DNA of 64,000 nucleotides, taken from NCBI GenBank assembly GCA_942493075.1, contig OW818681.1, positions 5,899,296 to 5,963,295 on the forward strand, written 5' to 3'. The notes below the pieces were generated by a model that did no database searches, had not been told where the DNA came from, and saw nothing but the letters and a program-made list of their open reading frames with translations. Positions 40,684 to 50,672 of the stretch are shown piece by piece. Numbering within the stretch: position 1 is the stretch's first letter; every line of letters starts with the position of its first letter. The translations under genes and the position numbers were made by a program. The stretch comes from an uncultured Verrucomicrobiota bacterium (GTDB taxonomy: Bacteria; Verrucomicrobiota; Verrucomicrobiia; Limisphaerales; UBA8199).

Positions 40684-42987
40684 ATGGGTGGACTGGAGTT
40701 TGTCAGAGATTTGGCTGTGGTGCTGGGCGTGGCTGGGCTGGCAGGCTGGCTTTGCCAGCGCGTAGGCCTTTCGCTCGTGGTCGGCTATTTAGCAGCGGGC
40801 GCGATCATTGGCCCTTTTACCCCGCCTTTTCAATTCGTTACTGATCTGGACCGGGTGCAATTGCTCGCGCAGGTGGGCCTGATATTCCTTATCTTTTCTA
40901 TCGGGCTGGATCTGAGTTTTGCGAGGCTTCGCCGCCTGGGAATGCCGGTAATTCTGGCTACCGTGGTAGGCGCGGTGCTGGTGTTCAACGGCTGCCGGTT
41001 ATTCGGAGCGCTGGCGGGGTGGACGCATACCCAGAGCTTATTCCTGGCGGGCATCATGATGGTTTCGAGCTCGGCGATCATCAGCAAAGTGCTTCACGAA
41101 TTAAACGCGAGCCATCGGCGCGACGGCCAGCTCGCATTGGGAATTACGGTGATGGAAGACACCGTGGCGGTGGTGATGCTGACTGTGCTCGCTACGTTAG
41201 TGCAGTTCGGGGGACAAAAAAGTCCGCCTGTTGCCCAGGTGGTGGGGGGATTGGCCGCGTTCATCGTCCTTCTGGTGCTGGGTGCCTTATTTGTAATGCC
41301 CCGTTTGTTGGCGCGCCTTTCGGCGATGGGGCGTCCCGAGATTCGCACGATTGTGGTCATTGCGATTCTCCTGTTTCTAGCGTGGCTGGCTCAAAAAGCA
41401 GGCTACTCCACGGCTCTGGGCGCGTTCCTACTGGGAGTCGTGGTCGCGAGCACACCCCAGAAGCAAGAGATTGAGCGCGTATTTGAAGGACTTAAAGACA
41501 TGTTTGGGGCCGTGTTCTTTGTCGCCATCGGGATGCTGGTTGATTTCCGTCTGTTGCTCGGGGCCTGGCCGCTGGTTCTCGGGGTTACGGCTTTCGCCTT
41601 GTTTCTGCGGCCCATCGCGACTGGTTTGGCACTAGTCGTCGCTGGCAACGAGACAAGAGATTCGGTTCGAGCCGGTTTGTCATTGGCGCCTCTCGGTGAG
41701 TTTTCTTTCATTATCGCGCAACTGGGGGTGGCGGCTGGCGCGGTGCCACCGAGCTTCTTCCCGACTGCGGTAGGGGCCTCTCTGTTGACTACCCTGGCAG
41801 CGCCTTCGCTCATGCGACGTTCGGGTCCGATCAGTGGGTGGGTGGATCGGCACCTCCCATTGATGCTCCGCGAGTGGATCGCGTTTTATCATTCCTGGCT
41901 GGACCGGATGATCAGTGGCGGACGCCAGCGCAGCCTGTTGTGGAAGCTAACCGGCAGGAGGCTTGGGCAGATTTTGGGAGGTATGGTGCTGATCTCTGCG
42001 CTGGTGCTCTTTGCTCGTCCGTTGTTTACCTGGGTGCGTGGTTATCTGGGGGAGGACTGGATGTTCGAAGGTGGCACTGCAATCATGTTCTGGACCGTCT
42101 TCGGTGTGCTCGTTCTGGGTCCCCTGGTGGCAATCTGGCGAAACGTGGGCGCGTTGAGCATGATCGTGGCTGAACGAGTGGCCATGGATACTCGACGGCC
42201 TTCCACGGTGCAGCCGCTCCTGGAGCGCGCCTTGCGCGGCGTTTCAGCCAGCCTGCTGATGCTGTGGTTGCTCTCGATCCTCCCGTTTGGACGCTCCTTC
42301 CTGTCCGGCTTCCTGGTGGTCCTGGCTATCGTGGCCATTGTGGCCGCGGTCTTGTGGCGGCGTTTGATCTTTTGGCAGAGCAAACTGGAAATCGAGCTGC
42401 GCGCCCAGCTCAAGAGCGCCGTTGGTGAGGGCAGCCATGATTTGAAACAGTTGCTTAACGAGAAACAGGAGGTGTGGGAACTCCAGGCTGAGGAATACAC
42501 CATCCCCGATTCCTCGGCTATGGCCGGCAAACACATCGGTGAATTGGCCCTGCGCCGGCGTCTAGGCTGCTCCATTGCCAGCATTGACCGTCATGGCATC
42601 GCTATTGTGAATCCTTCCGCAGAGGTAATCCTGTATCCGCAGGATAAACTGCTGTTGCTGGGAAGCGCCGAGCAGATCGATCGCGCGATCGCTGAATTTG
42701 GCGCGGCCCGTTCCGAGACAGGCGGTGCCTTGCAGGATTTAAGCCTGGAAACACTGTCCGTGCCCGATCACAGCCCTGCGGCTGCCAAAACGCTGATTGA
42801 ATTGGACCTGGTGCGGGCGTGGGGTGTGCAGGTTGCCGGAATTCAACGCGGCAGCATCCGCATTCTTACTCCAAGCGGTGCGGATAAGCTGGAGGCAAAT
42901 GATACGTTGCTGATTTTGGGCGGGACCGCCCAGATCAACGCGTTCGAAGCGTGGCTCAATGGAAGCCCGGCGCCGGGGGGCTCCTAA
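40684..42987 (+). CDS. Monovalent cation:proton antiporter (CPA2/KefB-like) with two C-terminal TrkA-C (RCK_C) domains.
   Basis: About 12 TM in the N-terminal half. The C-terminal half has two RCK_C-like segments (EEYTIPDSSAMAGKHIGEL, ETLSVPDHSPAAAKTLIEL). Confidence 0.75.
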   Translation: MGGLEFVRDLAVVLGVAGLAGWLCQRVGLSLVVGYLAAGAIIGPFTPPFQFVTDLDRVQLLAQVGLIFLIFSIGLDLSFARLRRLGMPVILATVVGAVLVFNGCRLFGALAGWTHTQSLFLAGIMMVSSSAIISKVLHELNASHRRDGQLALGITVMEDTVAVVMLTVLATLVQFGGQKSPPVAQVVGGLAAFIVLLVLGALFVMPRLLARLSAMGRPEIRTIVVIAILLFLAWLAQKAGYSTALGAFLLGVVVASTPQKQEIERVFEGLKDMFGAVFFVAIGMLVDFRLLLGAWPLVLGVTAFALFLRPIATGLALVVAGNETRDSVRAGLSLAPLGEFSFIIAQLGVAAGAVPPSFFPTAVGASLLTTLAAPSLMRRSGPISGWVDRHLPLMLREWIAFYHSWLDRMISGGRQRSLLWKLTGRRLGQILGGMVLISALVLFARPLFTWVRGYLGEDWMFEGGTAIMFWTVFGVLVLGPLVAIWRNVGALSMIVAERVAMDTRRPSTVQPLLERALRGVSASLLMLWLLSILPFGRSFLSGFLVVLAIVAIVAAVLWRRLIFWQSKLEIELRAQLKSAVGEGSHDLKQLLNEKQEVWELQAEEYTIPDSSAMAGKHIGELALRRRLGCSIASIDRHGIAIVNPSAEVILYPQDKLLLLGSAEQIDRAIAEFGAARSETGGALQDLSLETLSVPDHSPAAAKTLIELDLVRAWGVQVAGIQRGSIRILTPSGADKLEANDTLLILGGTAQINAFEAWLNGSPAPGGS

Positions 42988-44046
42988 CTAAAGCTCCAAC
43001 AGGGCCAGGGCTCCTTCACTGTCGATTACCAGGGATTTGAGCAGCCCTCCTCGGATGGCAGCGGCGACTGCCGTTGAACGGTCCCTTCCGACCACCAGGG
43101 CAACCACTTGAGGCAGGTTCCGCAGATGCTCCAATTCAACGCTGATGACCTGGTCGCGCCATGGCGAGTTGCACTCGCGTCCACGACCGTCAAAGAAACG
43201 GCCACACATCTCTCCGACCGCGCCACTGGCCATCAGGGCCGAGAGATCGTTGGTGGAGACCACGTAACGATTCGCGAAAACCGAGTTGGTGGGCGTTCCC
43301 ACGGCAACAATCGCCGCATCAGCATGCCCCAGGCGTTTCCAGACGCTCTGCGCGTTATGGAGCCGGAGCATCGAATCACGGGTCTCCTTGTCGGGCGCGA
43401 TTGCGGGCATGTTGATATTCATGAAACAACCGCCCCAGCGGCGCGCGAGGGTTTGTCCAAGCTCCAGAGCATCGACGTGCTCCAGATTGGACCCCACGAT
43501 TCCGAGAGCTTGCAGCACGGTGACATGCCGGTTGGGATCTGCGGGAATGCGGTTGACAAGCTCGGCGATCGTCCGCCCGCCGGCGACCACCACATCGCTG
43601 CGCGGAGAAATGAGCGCGCTAATAAACGAGGAGCCAAAATGGGCCACGAACTGGCGCTTATCGTGGGGCGAGGCACCCGGGGGAGTCGTGATGACGGCTA
43701 CGGAGTTGAGCTCAAATCTCTTCGTCAGCCGACTCTCCAGTTCCGCGTCGCGCGGTTCATAAGGCTCCACCCAGTAACGGGCGATGCCGCGTTCGCGGGC
43801 GACCGTCAACATCCGGGAAATCTTCGCCTGCGAAAACTTGAAAAGCTGTGCCAGGGTTTCCTGCTGCCAGCCGTGGGAATAATAAAGCGAGGCAAGCAGG
43901 TGCAATTGTTCCGGGGAATAGGATTCAGCCCTTTTCAGGTGGTATCGCCCCAGCGGGCCGCTGCCTGGGGCGAAGCCGGACGGGTTCTGGAGCGTATGCG
44001 GCTGCGACGGCAGATCAAAAGCGGTGCTGGGCTGTGATGAATTCAT
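42988..44046 (-). CDS. SorC/DeoR-family sugar-binding transcriptional regulator
   Basis: N-terminal HTH (LAQLFKFSQAKISRMLTVARERG) plus a C-terminal sugar-phosphate-binding domain. Confidence 0.7.
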   Translation of the reverse strand: MNSSQPSTAFDLPSQPHTLQNPSGFAPGSGPLGRYHLKRAESYSPEQLHLLASLYYSHGWQQETLAQLFKFSQAKISRMLTVARERGIARYWVEPYEPRDAELESRLTKRFELNSVAVITTPPGASPHDKRQFVAHFGSSFISALISPRSDVVVAGGRTIAELVNRIPADPNRHVTVLQALGIVGSNLEHVDALELGQTLARRWGGCFMNINMPAIAPDKETRDSMLRLHNAQSVWKRLGHADAAIVAVGTPTNSVFANRYVVSTNDLSALMASGAVGEMCGRFFDGRGRECNSPWRDQVISVELEHLRNLPQVVALVVGRDRSTAVAAAIRGGLLKSLVIDSEGALALLEL

Positions 44047-45089
44047 ACAGCCTGGAGAACAATTTTCATTCCTTTACCGGCCAGTGCCAAATCATAGGCA
44101 TCAGCCACCTTAGTTATCGGCAGAACATGCGAAATGATTCGGGAAAGATCGACCCGGCGTGATTCAATGAGCTTGAGGGCCGTGCGATAATCCTGCGGAG
44201 CACCACCCGTCATGCCGGTCACTATCAAGTTCTTATAATGAATCGCGTTTGTATCCAGCGGGGTGGGAGGCGATCCGGCTGGCAACCCGGCAAAAAGGCA
44301 GAGGCGTCCGAAAGGCGCTAAGAGCTTGATGGCTTCGGCTTGAAGTTCTGGCACAGGAACAGCCGTAATGACTGCATTCACACCGTGGTTGCCTGTCTCA
44401 GCCATGACCCATTGCAACACCGGCCCTGTGCGCGGATTGAAGCAGGCACTCGCGCCAAGCTCTTTGGCGGTGTTTAATCGCTCATCATTCAAATCCACAA
44501 CAAACACCCGGGAGGCGCCTGAAACCAGAGCCAGCATGAGGTTCAATAGCCCCATCGGCCCAGCCCCATAGATCAGCACGACATCTCCCTGGGCTATTCT
44601 GCTGGCCCGGATGCCATTTACTGCACACGAAAGCGGTTCTGCCAAAGACGCTTCTACTGCGGAGACACTCTGGGATAGGCGGATCACATTTCCCTGCTGA
44701 ATAGCTGGAGCGGTAAGCCGGACGTACTCGGTATGGGCGCCGTCAACATTGATGCCGAAAGCTGAATATTCGGGGCACATGTTCATCAGACCCTGCCCGC
44801 ACATTTCACACGTGCCGCAGCCGATGTTGGGAGCGACTCCGACGCGGTCGCCGACTTTGAAACCCGACACCTCACCGCCCACCTGTTCCAGTGTGCCGAC
44901 AAACTCATGACCCAGAACCACGGATTGATCAGGCTTAAGCTTCCGATGACCGTGCCGCGCGATTTTGGCATCCGTCCCGCACAATGAGGAGGCTTCCACT
45001 TTGAGCAGCATTTCTGAAGGATTGATCTGGGGAATGGGAAGATCCCGAAACTCCAGCCGTCCGCCCTGTGTGTAGGTTGCTGCGATCAT
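44043..45089 (-). CDS. Zn-dependent medium-chain alcohol/polyol dehydrogenase (sorbitol/L-iditol or threonine dehydrogenase-like). The ORF is open to 45212, but the start is likely at MIAATY.
   Basis: Zn-ADH motifs (CGTDAKIARHGH, GHEFVG, CGTCEMCGQG) and a Rossmann GAGPMG. Confidence 0.75.
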   Translation of the reverse strand: MIAATYTQGGRLEFRDLPIPQINPSEMLLKVEASSLCGTDAKIARHGHRKLKPDQSVVLGHEFVGTLEQVGGEVSGFKVGDRVGVAPNIGCGTCEMCGQGLMNMCPEYSAFGINVDGAHTEYVRLTAPAIQQGNVIRLSQSVSAVEASLAEPLSCAVNGIRASRIAQGDVVLIYGAGPMGLLNLMLALVSGASRVFVVDLNDERLNTAKELGASACFNPRTGPVLQWVMAETGNHGVNAVITAVPVPELQAEAIKLLAPFGRLCLFAGLPAGSPPTPLDTNAIHYKNLIVTGMTGGAPQDYRTALKLIESRRVDLSRIISHVLPITKVADAYDLALAGKGMKIVLQAV

Positions 45090-45251
45090 ATGAAACACTT
45101 CTTGAGAATGCCCGTGAATGGGTCTTTCGAAGCCGAAGGCCGGCGTTGTTGCAGAGCCTGAAAACTCATTAACGCATTGTTTTGCCAGGCACGCCAAAGT
45201 GTCAACCTGCAAGCCCTGAGGGGGGCGTTGATTCTGTGAATATTTATCTAA

Positions 45252-46187
45252 CTACCGCAGGCAAAGCTTCGCGGCACCCAGCAGGCCGGCGTCACCGCCC
45301 AACCGCGACGTCCTCAGCTTTACCCGGCGCATGGCCACGGGCTGTCCCCATTTCAGAGCCTCGGTCCTGATGGCTTGAACAAACCGTTTGGCAGGTCCAA
45401 ACACGCCGCCGCCAAAAATGATCATTTCTGGATTCAACACGCTTACCAGGTTGGCCAAACCCATGCCCCAATATTCAATCGCTTGATCCAGCACAGCTTT
45501 GGCGACCGGATCAGCTTCCTCGTAAGCCGAAAAAATGTCGCGCGTAGAGATCTCCTCGGCGCGCAATCGGCTGGCGCGTGCTGCTGGCGTCCGCAACATT
45601 TCAGCGGCCACCTTTACCAGGCCTGGGCCTGAAGCATGATGCTCGAAGCAACCGGTCTGCACATACGGAGGCAGAAAAGGCCGGCTCAGCGCAAACCAGC
45701 CGATCGATCCTGCGATTCCTTCGGCTCCGCGGATAATCCTTCCGTCACTTAGAATTCCGGCGGCAATGCCGGTGCCAATGGAAAGGAAGATGGCATCGCG
45801 GCAACTCTTCGCGCAGCCTTGCCATTGCTCTCCCAGGATGTAGCACGCGCGATCGCCCTCCAAATGCACGGGAACCCGCGAGCCGGTTTCCTGCTGGATA
45901 ACACGGCGCAACGGGAACTTCTTCCAACCCGGAATATTTGGAGCCCAGACGGTGCCCGGCTCGGGGTAGGCGATGCCGGGTACAGAAACACCCACGGCGG
46001 TCACCTTGATGCGGCGGGTGTCGGCGAACTGGAGGAGATTGCGAATCTGTTCACGGATTAGCTCACCCACAGCTTTGCCGGTGCGCGTCTCTAACGCGGC
46101 GTTCTGGCGCTGCTGGAGCTTGCCGTTTTGCGAAACGAGAGCGGAAGCCAGCTTCGTTCCGCCCAGGTCAAGAGCGATGACTGCCAT
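45252..46187 (-). CDS. ROK-family sugar kinase (glucokinase-like). The ORF is open to 46430 (start more likely at MAVIALDLGG), and beyond 46187 overlaps ruvB.
   Basis: MAVIALDLGGTKLASALV N-terminus. ROK signature region and the kinase fold. Confidence 0.7.
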   Translation of the reverse strand: MAVIALDLGGTKLASALVSQNGKLQQRQNAALETRTGKAVGELIREQIRNLLQFADTRRIKVTAVGVSVPGIAYPEPGTVWAPNIPGWKKFPLRRVIQQETGSRVPVHLEGDRACYILGEQWQGCAKSCRDAIFLSIGTGIAAGILSDGRIIRGAEGIAGSIGWFALSRPFLPPYVQTGCFEHHASGPGLVKVAAEMLRTPAARASRLRAEEISTRDIFSAYEEADPVAKAVLDQAIEYWGMGLANLVSVLNPEMIIFGGGVFGPAKRFVQAIRTEALKWGQPVAMRRVKLRTSRLGGDAGLLGAAKLCLR

Positions 46188-46230
46188 AAAATTCTGGTTC
46201 GCCCGGCTCCGCCTCGTACGGGCGCGGACC

Positions 46231-47250
46231 TTACAAAAGGCCGGCCTGGGCTCCGGGGCGGGCGCCGATACCGAGCTTCTTGTAGCCCATCTCGGTGACA
46301 ACCCGTCCTTGCGAGGTGCGTTTGAGATACCCCTCCATGATGAGGTAAGGTTCATACACCTCTTCAATGGTGTCGGGCTCTTCGCCAACGGCGACCGCCA
46401 GTGAGCTAATGCCAACAGGTCCCCCGCCAAATTTTACAATGATGGCTTCGAGGATGCGCTTGTCCATCTCGTCCAGCCCGTTTTCATCGATTTCGAGCAT
46501 GCGCAGCGCGGCATCGGCGATTTCGGCGGTGATCTTACCGGAGTGTTTCACCTGGGCGTAATCGCGCACGCGACGGAGCAGGTTATTGGCGATGCGCGGA
46601 GTGCCACGGCTGCGCCGTGCGATCTCCTCAGCTCCGCGTTCCTCCACATCCACACCCATTAAACGGGCCGAGCGTATGACGATCTTCTGCAATTGGCTGG
46701 CTTCGTAATAATCGAGCCGCTCGCGAATCGGAAAACGGGTAAGCAGGGGAGCGGTCAGCAACCCGCTGCGAGTGGTGGCGCCGATCAGCGTGAACCGGGG
46801 CAGATTCAGCCGCACACTGCGCGCGTTTGGCCCCTGGTCAATAATGATATCGAGCTTGTAATCCTCCATCGCCGGGTAGAGGTATTCCTCGATTGTCTTC
46901 TGCAACCGATGAATCTCGTCAATGAACAGGACATCGCCTTCTTCTAGATTTGTAAGGAGACCCGCGAGGTCACCCGCCTTTTCGATCGTGGGGCCGCTCG
47001 TGCTCTTTAGGCTGGCCCCCATTGCCTTGGCGATGATGTTAGCCAGAGTGGTTTTGCCAAGACCAGGAGGGCCGCTGAGCAGGACGTGATCAATGCACTC
47101 ACCGCGCTGGCGGGCGGCGGCCACAGTGATCTCCAGCCGTTCCTTAACCTTGGCTTGCCCGGTGAAATCGGAGAACAAGGACGGCCGCAGCGTCATTTCC
47201 AACGCCGCGTCGGGCTTAGTCAAAACATCAGTGATCGGGCGCTCAGCCAT
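46231..47250 (-). CDS. ruvB: Holliday junction branch-migration ATPase RuvB
   Basis: [29 protein letters not shown], and the RuvB C-terminal winged helix. Confidence 0.9.
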   Translation of the reverse strand: MAERPITDVLTKPDAALEMTLRPSLFSDFTGQAKVKERLEITVAAARQRGECIDHVLLSGPPGLGKTTLANIIAKAMGASLKSTSGPTIEKAGDLAGLLTNLEEGDVLFIDEIHRLQKTIEEYLYPAMEDYKLDIIIDQGPNARSVRLNLPRFTLIGATTRSGLLTAPLLTRFPIRERLDYYEASQLQKIVIRSARLMGVDVEERGAEEIARRSRGTPRIANNLLRRVRDYAQVKHSGKITAEIADAALRMLEIDENGLDEMDKRILEAIIVKFGGGPVGISSLAVAVGEEPDTIEEVYEPYLIMEGYLKRTSQGRVVTEMGYKKLGIGARPGAQAGLL

Positions 47251-47536
47251 CCCGTTAGCATCTTAAAGAGCCGCCATCCGGTCAATACCGCCGGTGGGGG
47301 CATCGGGGACCCAATTCGCACGCGAGGCACCTGGTGGTGCGGCCACCTGGATCGAGTTGCCACCGGAGCTGCGGAGTTCGCGGAGAAGGGTGGAAAAATA
47401 GTACCTTATTCAGCCTTTATACTTTAGCCCTTAGCCTTTCCCCCAGCGGGCGCTCCCGCCCAATGTGTGAAAAATCCAGGATCGGGCATCGGATTGCACT
47501 CCAAACGACCGGATACCAACGATGTCCATTACACTT

Positions 47537-47661
47537 TCGTACTGTTGGTGGCACAAAGTCCTATAAAATGAACCCCTGGTTTCTCAGGTTTGCGCCAGAG
47601 TGCGCAAACCTGGAAAACCAGGGAATATTTCTTCTTCGGATCGTGATTACCAACAGTACGG
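47537..47661. repeat. MITE-like palindromic element, copy 3.
   Basis: TIRs CGTACTGTTGGTGGC/ATTACCAACAGTACGG. Internal hairpin CCCTGGTTTCTCAGGTTTGCGC-N6-GCGCAAACCTGGAAAACCAGGG. Confidence 0.6.
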
Positions 47662-47772
47662 ATTCCGCGAAGTGCGTCATTCCTGCCCCTTTGTTCAATC
47701 GTGATCGGGCATCGGATGATAGGCAGTCCCCGGTGTCCTCACCGGGCGGGTTCGCCTTTCATTCAGGCACCC

Positions 47773-47829
47773 GAACGAAAGCGCACCGGGACGGTGCGCG
47801 TACTCGCAGTCGAGACGACCGCGCTACAT
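47773..47829 (-). repeat. Conserved box plus hairpin terminator element, copy C, inverted.
   Basis: Reverse complement reads ATGTAGCGCGGTCGTCTCGACTGCGAGTACGCGCACCGTCCCGGTGCGCTTTCGTTC. Confidence 0.45.
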
Positions 47830-48065
47830 CACGGACGCACCGCAAGGTGCCGTCCCGTGCATTCCGAAGGAATGCCAGCTATTAGCCAGGGGTTGCGCGA
47901 GGAACGAGCGCCACCCCTGGTAGCGTGTCAGAGGGGACACGACCCCGCGAGGGGTCGCAGATGCCTCGACCGGTCTTGAGCCAGGGACTGTCACAAGCGG
48001 TCGTAGTGACAACGAGCTGATAGCAGGACATTCTCTCCGCGGGCCTCGGGCGATGACGCCCTACC

Positions 48066-48103
48066 CCAAAAACCAAAAAGCCGGACGACAGGTCCGGCTT
48101 TAT
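48066..48103. terminator. Bidirectional intrinsic terminator. It serves tadA on the minus strand.
   Basis: GCCGGAC-gacag-GTCCGGC, flanked by an A-tract (AAAAACCAAAAA) upstream and TTTAT downstream. Confidence 0.55.
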
Positions 48104-48215
48104 ACACACGGCACACGAGAACGGTGCCAATGCTGATAATCTACACAGTCCCTGATTTTCTCCTAGTCACCAGAACTGGTGACAAAGGACCCATGTTCCC
48201 ATTGTCCCTTGTCAA

Positions 48216-48770
48216 TTATCTATTGTTTTCCTTGTCGTCCCGCTCTTTCCTCCGCTCGGCAAAGAAGCTTTGCAGCAGGCCGCGGCATTCCGGCTCGCGC
48301 ACTCCCGAGGTGATTTGCGACCGATGGTTCAATCCTGGAAACTGAAGCAGGTTCAAAGCGCTGCCGGCAGCCCCGGCCTTTGTGTCCGAAGCGCCAAAAA
48401 CCACACGCGCCAAACGCACATGCACAATGGCCCCAGCGCACATGGGGCACGGCTCCTTCGTCACATAGAGAGTGCATTCGTTTAGCCGCCAGTCTCCCAT
48501 CGCCCCCTCAGCCTGTGTGATCGCAAGCATCTCCGCGTGGGCGGTGGCGTCCTTGAGCAGTTCTACCTGGTTAAACGCCCGGCCGATGATCCGTGCCCCA
48601 CGCACAACGATCGCGCCAACCGGCACCTCGCCCACTTCATATGCTTTGGCGGCTTGCCTGAGCGCTTCCCCCATGAAGTATTGATCACTCTGCAGATCAA
48701 TAATCGGACCCTCCGCGCCCGGTTCGCTCAACTCACCGTCCTTGGGACTGGAATCAAAATCGTTCATCAT
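48216..48770 (-). CDS. tadA: tRNA-specific adenosine deaminase TadA. The ORF is open to 48815.
   Basis: CMP/dCMP deaminase zinc motifs HAEMLAI and PCPMCAGA. Confidence 0.85.
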   Translation of the reverse strand: MMNDFDSSPKDGELSEPGAEGPIIDLQSDQYFMGEALRQAAKAYEVGEVPVGAIVVRGARIIGRAFNQVELLKDATAHAEMLAITQAEGAMGDWRLNECTLYVTKEPCPMCAGAIVHVRLARVVFGASDTKAGAAGSALNLLQFPGLNHRSQITSGVREPECRGLLQSFFAERRKERDDKENNR

Positions 48771-49282
48771 TTCAGCTCCGTTGCAGGGCCCGGCCATGCT
48801 TCTTCGAGCGCCCAATCATCGGTCCCGTCAGGATGGCAATGGCAATGTGCGGCAAAAAATCCGCCGCGATACTGCCAGATCCATGGCCAGATCCGCTCGC
48901 GATCCGTCTGCGGAATCTTGAGACTAGCCAGTTCTGACGGGGCAAAGAACGAGAACCGGCCCTCGTTGCACGGCTCAGGGCAGGCCTTCAACCGGGGCTT
49001 AATCTCGAATAGGAACATGAGCCAATGGCTCTGCCCGGCATACCCATGTTCACTTATCAAACCGGCCAGATGCAGATCAGATGGCGCCAGTTGGATGTTC
49101 AACTCTTCCTTGGCCTCGCGGCATGCGCACGCAAAAGGCGATTCGCCAATATCCGTTTTCAGCTTCCCACCGCAGGGACTCCACAGGCCCAGGTTCGGTT
49201 GCTGCAACCGTTCCATCAAGAGGGCGCGATCCTGCTCATCAAACGCATAAAGCAGGGTCGCAATCTTATAGGGCAGGCTCAT
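48767..49282 (-). CDS. NUDIX hydrolase
   Basis: Nudix box GGKLKTDIGESPFACACREAKEELNI. Confidence 0.7.
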   Translation of the reverse strand: MSLPYKIATLLYAFDEQDRALLMERLQQPNLGLWSPCGGKLKTDIGESPFACACREAKEELNIQLAPSDLHLAGLISEHGYAGQSHWLMFLFEIKPRLKACPEPCNEGRFSFFAPSELASLKIPQTDRERIWPWIWQYRGGFFAAHCHCHPDGTDDWALEEAWPGPATELK

Positions 49283-49351
49283 GCTTGTTCCTGATAGATC
49301 CAAAGTCTCAGTATGGCTACACGGTCAAACCAGCTCGGACTTCTATGCCGT

Positions 49352-50020
49352 TTACCAGAATCTATAGTCGTTTCGCAGCACAATCCACACGGCCAGCAGG
49401 AAATTGGTGATCGCATGAGCCGTCATGGCATCGCCCAGGCGATTCTTCCGCAGGCAGAGCCACTGATAGGCCATGGCGCACAGAATGCCAGCCAGCCACT
49501 CGTAGTGGGCAAACCCAAAAATCGCGGCGGTGACAACGAACGACAGCCAATGAAACCGCGCCAGGGGAATGCCTAGGAAATCCGTGCGCACGAGGTAACG
49601 ATACAGAAATGACCGGTAGAACACCTCTTCCAGGGGAGGCACCACAATCGTAGAACCCAGCGTGCGCACCAGGATGCAGAACCAGGCTGCTGCTGTTCCC
49701 TCTCCGAACTGTTTATGTGGGTTCCACGGCTCACCGGCTGCGGACATCTTGGGGTAAAAATCGTTAATGCCGATCCACATCACACAGACACCAACCCCCA
49801 CCAGCACAGCTTCCCAGCTAAAGTTCCACCGCATCTCCTTTACGTAGGGCCACATCTCATAGACGAGCCAGGCGCCAACGAATGTTTTGCCGACGTAAAC
49901 CCAATAGCGGCCAGCCTCTCCGAAGGAACCTTGGAGGGACGTGAGCACTACGAAGAGTACGAAAGGAATGACCCGGGCCTTGATGGGCGAGGACGCGAGA
50001 TGTTGTGTTAGAAAGCGCAT
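49352..50020 (-). CDS. CPBP-family (CAAX-type) intramembrane glutamic endopeptidase
   Basis: EEVFYRSFLY...FGFAHY...HAITNFL are CPBP motifs. Polytopic. Confidence 0.7.
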   Translation of the reverse strand: MRFLTQHLASSPIKARVIPFVLFVVLTSLQGSFGEAGRYWVYVGKTFVGAWLVYEMWPYVKEMRWNFSWEAVLVGVGVCVMWIGINDFYPKMSAAGEPWNPHKQFGEGTAAAWFCILVRTLGSTIVVPPLEEVFYRSFLYRYLVRTDFLGIPLARFHWLSFVVTAAIFGFAHYEWLAGILCAMAYQWLCLRKNRLGDAMTAHAITNFLLAVWIVLRNDYRFW

Positions 50021-50090
50021 AGTGGCTCCGTGGGCCGGGAACTTAATGCCACAGCACCGCTTAAAGTCAATGATTCACTCCAATAGCACC

Positions 50091-50672
50091 TCACCGGCCC
50101 AGCAACAGCGTGTTGGTCTGAGTCAGATTCGCAAGCACCACGCTTTCCGAATCGATGGATTGGACGGTCCACTCGCCCACTTTGTCCCCTTTGAAAAGGG
50201 AGGTCCCATTAATGATTACCGAAGGCCGGGTGGGATGATACACGATCGCCTGGAGCCTGAGCTCGGGTGCAGGACGGACGGCCACAGGCACAGGCACCGG
50301 GATACTTTCGGCAGGGGCCGGAGTTGTCCATACGGTATTGCTCGGCGCTAACGGATTGGCGGCCACGGCTGGGGCGTTGCTCGCTGCGGCTGGGTTCTGT
50401 TGGGATGCCGTCATCGCAGACCGGAGGCTGTTGGTCGATTCCCGCGCGCGGGCCGCGCTGATACGCTCACGGTTATGCGTGATATAAATCTCCCAGGCCA
50501 TGAAGAGGACCATCAGGGCTGCCACCAGCAACACGCCGGGCACGAGCAGGCCTGCCCAAAGAGAAACCCGATGCGAGGCCTCCGGCGGCTTGAACTGCTG
50601 CTGTGTGATGGGCGGCGGAGCCGTGGGCTGGGCTTCGTGGGCTCGTTTTAGGGCGTCATTGACCAGGCTCAT
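50091..50672 (-). CDS. GspB/ExeB-like single-TM periplasmic protein, partner of the ExeA-like ATPase. The ORF is open to 50738, but the start is likely at MSLVNDAL.
   Basis: Positioned downstream of, and overlapping, the ExeA-like gene. It has a TM helix followed by a periplasmic domain. Confidence 0.45.
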   Translation of the reverse strand: MSLVNDALKRAHEAQPTAPPPITQQQFKPPEASHRVSLWAGLLVPGVLLVAALMVLFMAWEIYITHNRERISAARARESTNSLRSAMTASQQNPAAASNAPAVAANPLAPSNTVWTTPAPAESIPVPVPVAVRPAPELRLQAIVYHPTRPSVIINGTSLFKGDKVGEWTVQSIDSESVVLANLTQTNTLLLGR

